Shown piece by piece: positions 62,624-64,000 of a DNA stretch of 64,000 nucleotides (positions are counted from its first letter, which is position 1; each line of letters begins with the position of its first letter). Source of the DNA: Desulfobacterales bacterium. Lineage in GTDB: Bacteria; Desulfobacterota; Desulfobacteria; Desulfobacterales; UBA5852. The stretch spans positions 9,675-73,674 of the forward strand of contig JBMNCP010000053.1 of assembly GCA_049366795.1 (NCBI GenBank), given 5' to 3'. The notes beneath the pieces were generated by a model. The model had not been told where the DNA came from and did no database searches. It saw only the letters and a list, made by a program, of their open reading frames with translations. The translations under genes and the position numbers were made by a program.

Positions 62624-64000
62624 ATGAAAAAATTGGTTCAAGTTCGTTTCATCCGCCCCCTGCATCCCATCTGGACCTTCGGGATCATGATCGGCTGCTG
62701 CATGGTGTTGATCCCAGCGCTGGCCCATTCGGCGCTCTCCGTCACGGAAGCGAAGTGGAATCCCAAAAATTCGACGCTCGAAGCCAGGGGAGAATCCGCC
62801 CCCAACAGCCAGGTCGACATCAGTGACGCGGAGACCCGGACCCAACTGGGCACGGCGGTCGCCGACCGAAAAGGAAACTGGCGGTTCCGGCTGCGAAACC
62901 CCGAAATCGTTCCTTGTCAGGTATCGGCAACCTCTGAGGATTTCACGATCCAGGCCGACGTGGCCGGCACTCCCGGCGACTGCGGAACGGCCACTCCCCC
63001 TTCGGATCCGGAAACGGTCACCGGCTCTCATGCCGGCCGCTTTTCCGCGTACGAGGGCACCCGAACCTGTCTGGAATGCCACGCCACCGAAGCCATGGAG
63101 GTTCACTCCTCGGTGCACTACCAGTGGAAAGGGGATGCGTCGGAGGCGGTCGGGCTATCCACGGATACCGCCGGCAAGTTGGGGGGCATCAACGACTTCT
63201 GCATCTATCCGGACATCAACTGGATCGGGAAGCTGACCAACACCGCCGGCAACCCGGTCGACGGCGGGTGCGCCAAGTGCCACGCGGGTCTTGGAGACAA
63301 GCCCCAGCCCGAAGCCACCCAGGAGCAGCTCGAAAACATCGACTGCCTGGTCTGCCATTCCGACGGCTACAAGCGAACGGTGGATCTCGTGGACGGCAGG
63401 TACCGTTTCGTCCCGGATTCGAACCAGATGGCGGTCAGCATTCTCCAGGCAGCCTCGGACATCACCCGCCCCGGCAATGACAGCTGCCTCAATTGCCACA
63501 CCAAGGCCGGCGGCGGGAACAACTTCAAGCGGGGCGATATCGAGGAGGCCCATCGGAATGCCAGCAGGGATTTCGACGTGCATTTGGCATCGGCCGAATC
63601 GGGCGGCGCCGGGTTGCAGTGCACGGATTGTCACACCTCCGTGTCCCACAAGATCGCCGGCCGCGGCGTCGATCTGCGGCCCCGGGACAGCATGGACGAG
63701 GTGAGCTGCGCGAAATGCCACACCGAGATGCCCCACTACAACGAGCGACTGGACCGCCACACCGCCAGGGTCGACTGCACCGCCTGCCACATCCCGACCT
63801 ACGCCAAGGCCGCGCCTACCGACATGCTGCGGGACTGGAGCCAGCCGGGCGATCCGGTGGAAGCCACCGGGCTCTACGAGCCGCACCACGAGAAAGGACT
63901 GAACGTCACGCCGGTCTACCGTTTCTTCAACGGCACCAGCACCTTTTATGAATTCGGCGCGGAGGCGATCCCCGGAGACAACGGCCGCATCACCATGGCC
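62624..64000 (+). CDS. Octaheme tetrathionate-reductase (OTR)-family multiheme cytochrome c with extra N-terminal domain (3' partial)
   Basis: Not in the ORF track; translated manually. Signal peptide, then seven CxxCH (CLECH, CAKCH, CLVCH, CLNCH, CTDCH, CAKCH, CTACH) with OTR-like HYQW, GK..GINDFC, GGG..KRGD, DVH, HIP, DWS, YRFFNG. Open to window end. Confidence 0.85.
   Translation, partial: MKKLVQVRFIRPLHPIWTFGIMIGCCMVLIPALAHSALSVTEAKWNPKNSTLEARGESAPNSQVDISDAETRTQLGTAVADRKGNWRFRLRNPEIVPCQVSATSEDFTIQADVAGTPGDCGTATPPSDPETVTGSHAGRFSAYEGTRTCLECHATEAMEVHSSVHYQWKGDASEAVGLSTDTAGKLGGINDFCIYPDINWIGKLTNTAGNPVDGGCAKCHAGLGDKPQPEATQEQLENIDCLVCHSDGYKRTVDLVDGRYRFVPDSNQMAVSILQAASDITRPGNDSCLNCHTKAGGGNNFKRGDIEEAHRNASRDFDVHLASAESGGAGLQCTDCHTSVSHKIAGRGVDLRPRDSMDEVSCAKCHTEMPHYNERLDRHTARVDCTACHIPTYAKAAPTDMLRDWSQPGDPVEATGLYEPHHEKGLNVTPVYRFFNGTSTFYEFGAEAIPGDNGRITMA

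Overview
GC-rich bacterial window; the gene content fits an anaerobic Desulfobacterota-type organism (inference). It has five blocks. (1) 1-4.7 kb: an AT-rich minus-strand block (Zn alcohol dehydrogenase, aldehyde:ferredoxin oxidoreductase, TRAP dctP/dctQ) whose compositional boundary lies inside the 3' end of sdhB. (2) 4.7-12.7 kb: a GntR-associated operon (divergent SucCD-like CoA ligase, HD protein, CitE-family lyase, ferredoxin, succinate dehydrogenase/fumarate reductase with a fused SdhC-D anchor). (3) 13-42 kb: an exosortase/PEP-CTERM-linked Wzx/Wzy exopolysaccharide locus with four sulfotransferases, in two convergent halves. A sigma54-preceded periplasmic [NiFe]-hydrogenase operon sits between the halves. 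(4) 42.4-56.8 kb: a sigma54-preceded operon of mostly secreted proteins: a ~1720-aa beta-helix protein, three two-domain multicopper-oxidase (MCO) paralogues, a lipoprotein, an S8 protease and a PilZ protein. (5) A sigma54 response regulator and PAS/GAF kinase, then a divergent octaheme (OTR-family) cytochrome c cut by the window end. Two observations stand out. First, the three MCO paralogues carry complementary, individually incomplete copper-ligand sets, suggesting a heterotrimeric oxidase with one active site. Second, one ~76-85 aa beta-rich domain appears on the hydrogenase small subunit, the octaheme cytochrome and (more weakly matched) an MCO subunit and the protease. Together these point to a possibly undescribed, co-regulated extracytoplasmic redox system tied to a sulfated EPS. 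No rRNA, tRNA, CRISPR or transposase was recognised.
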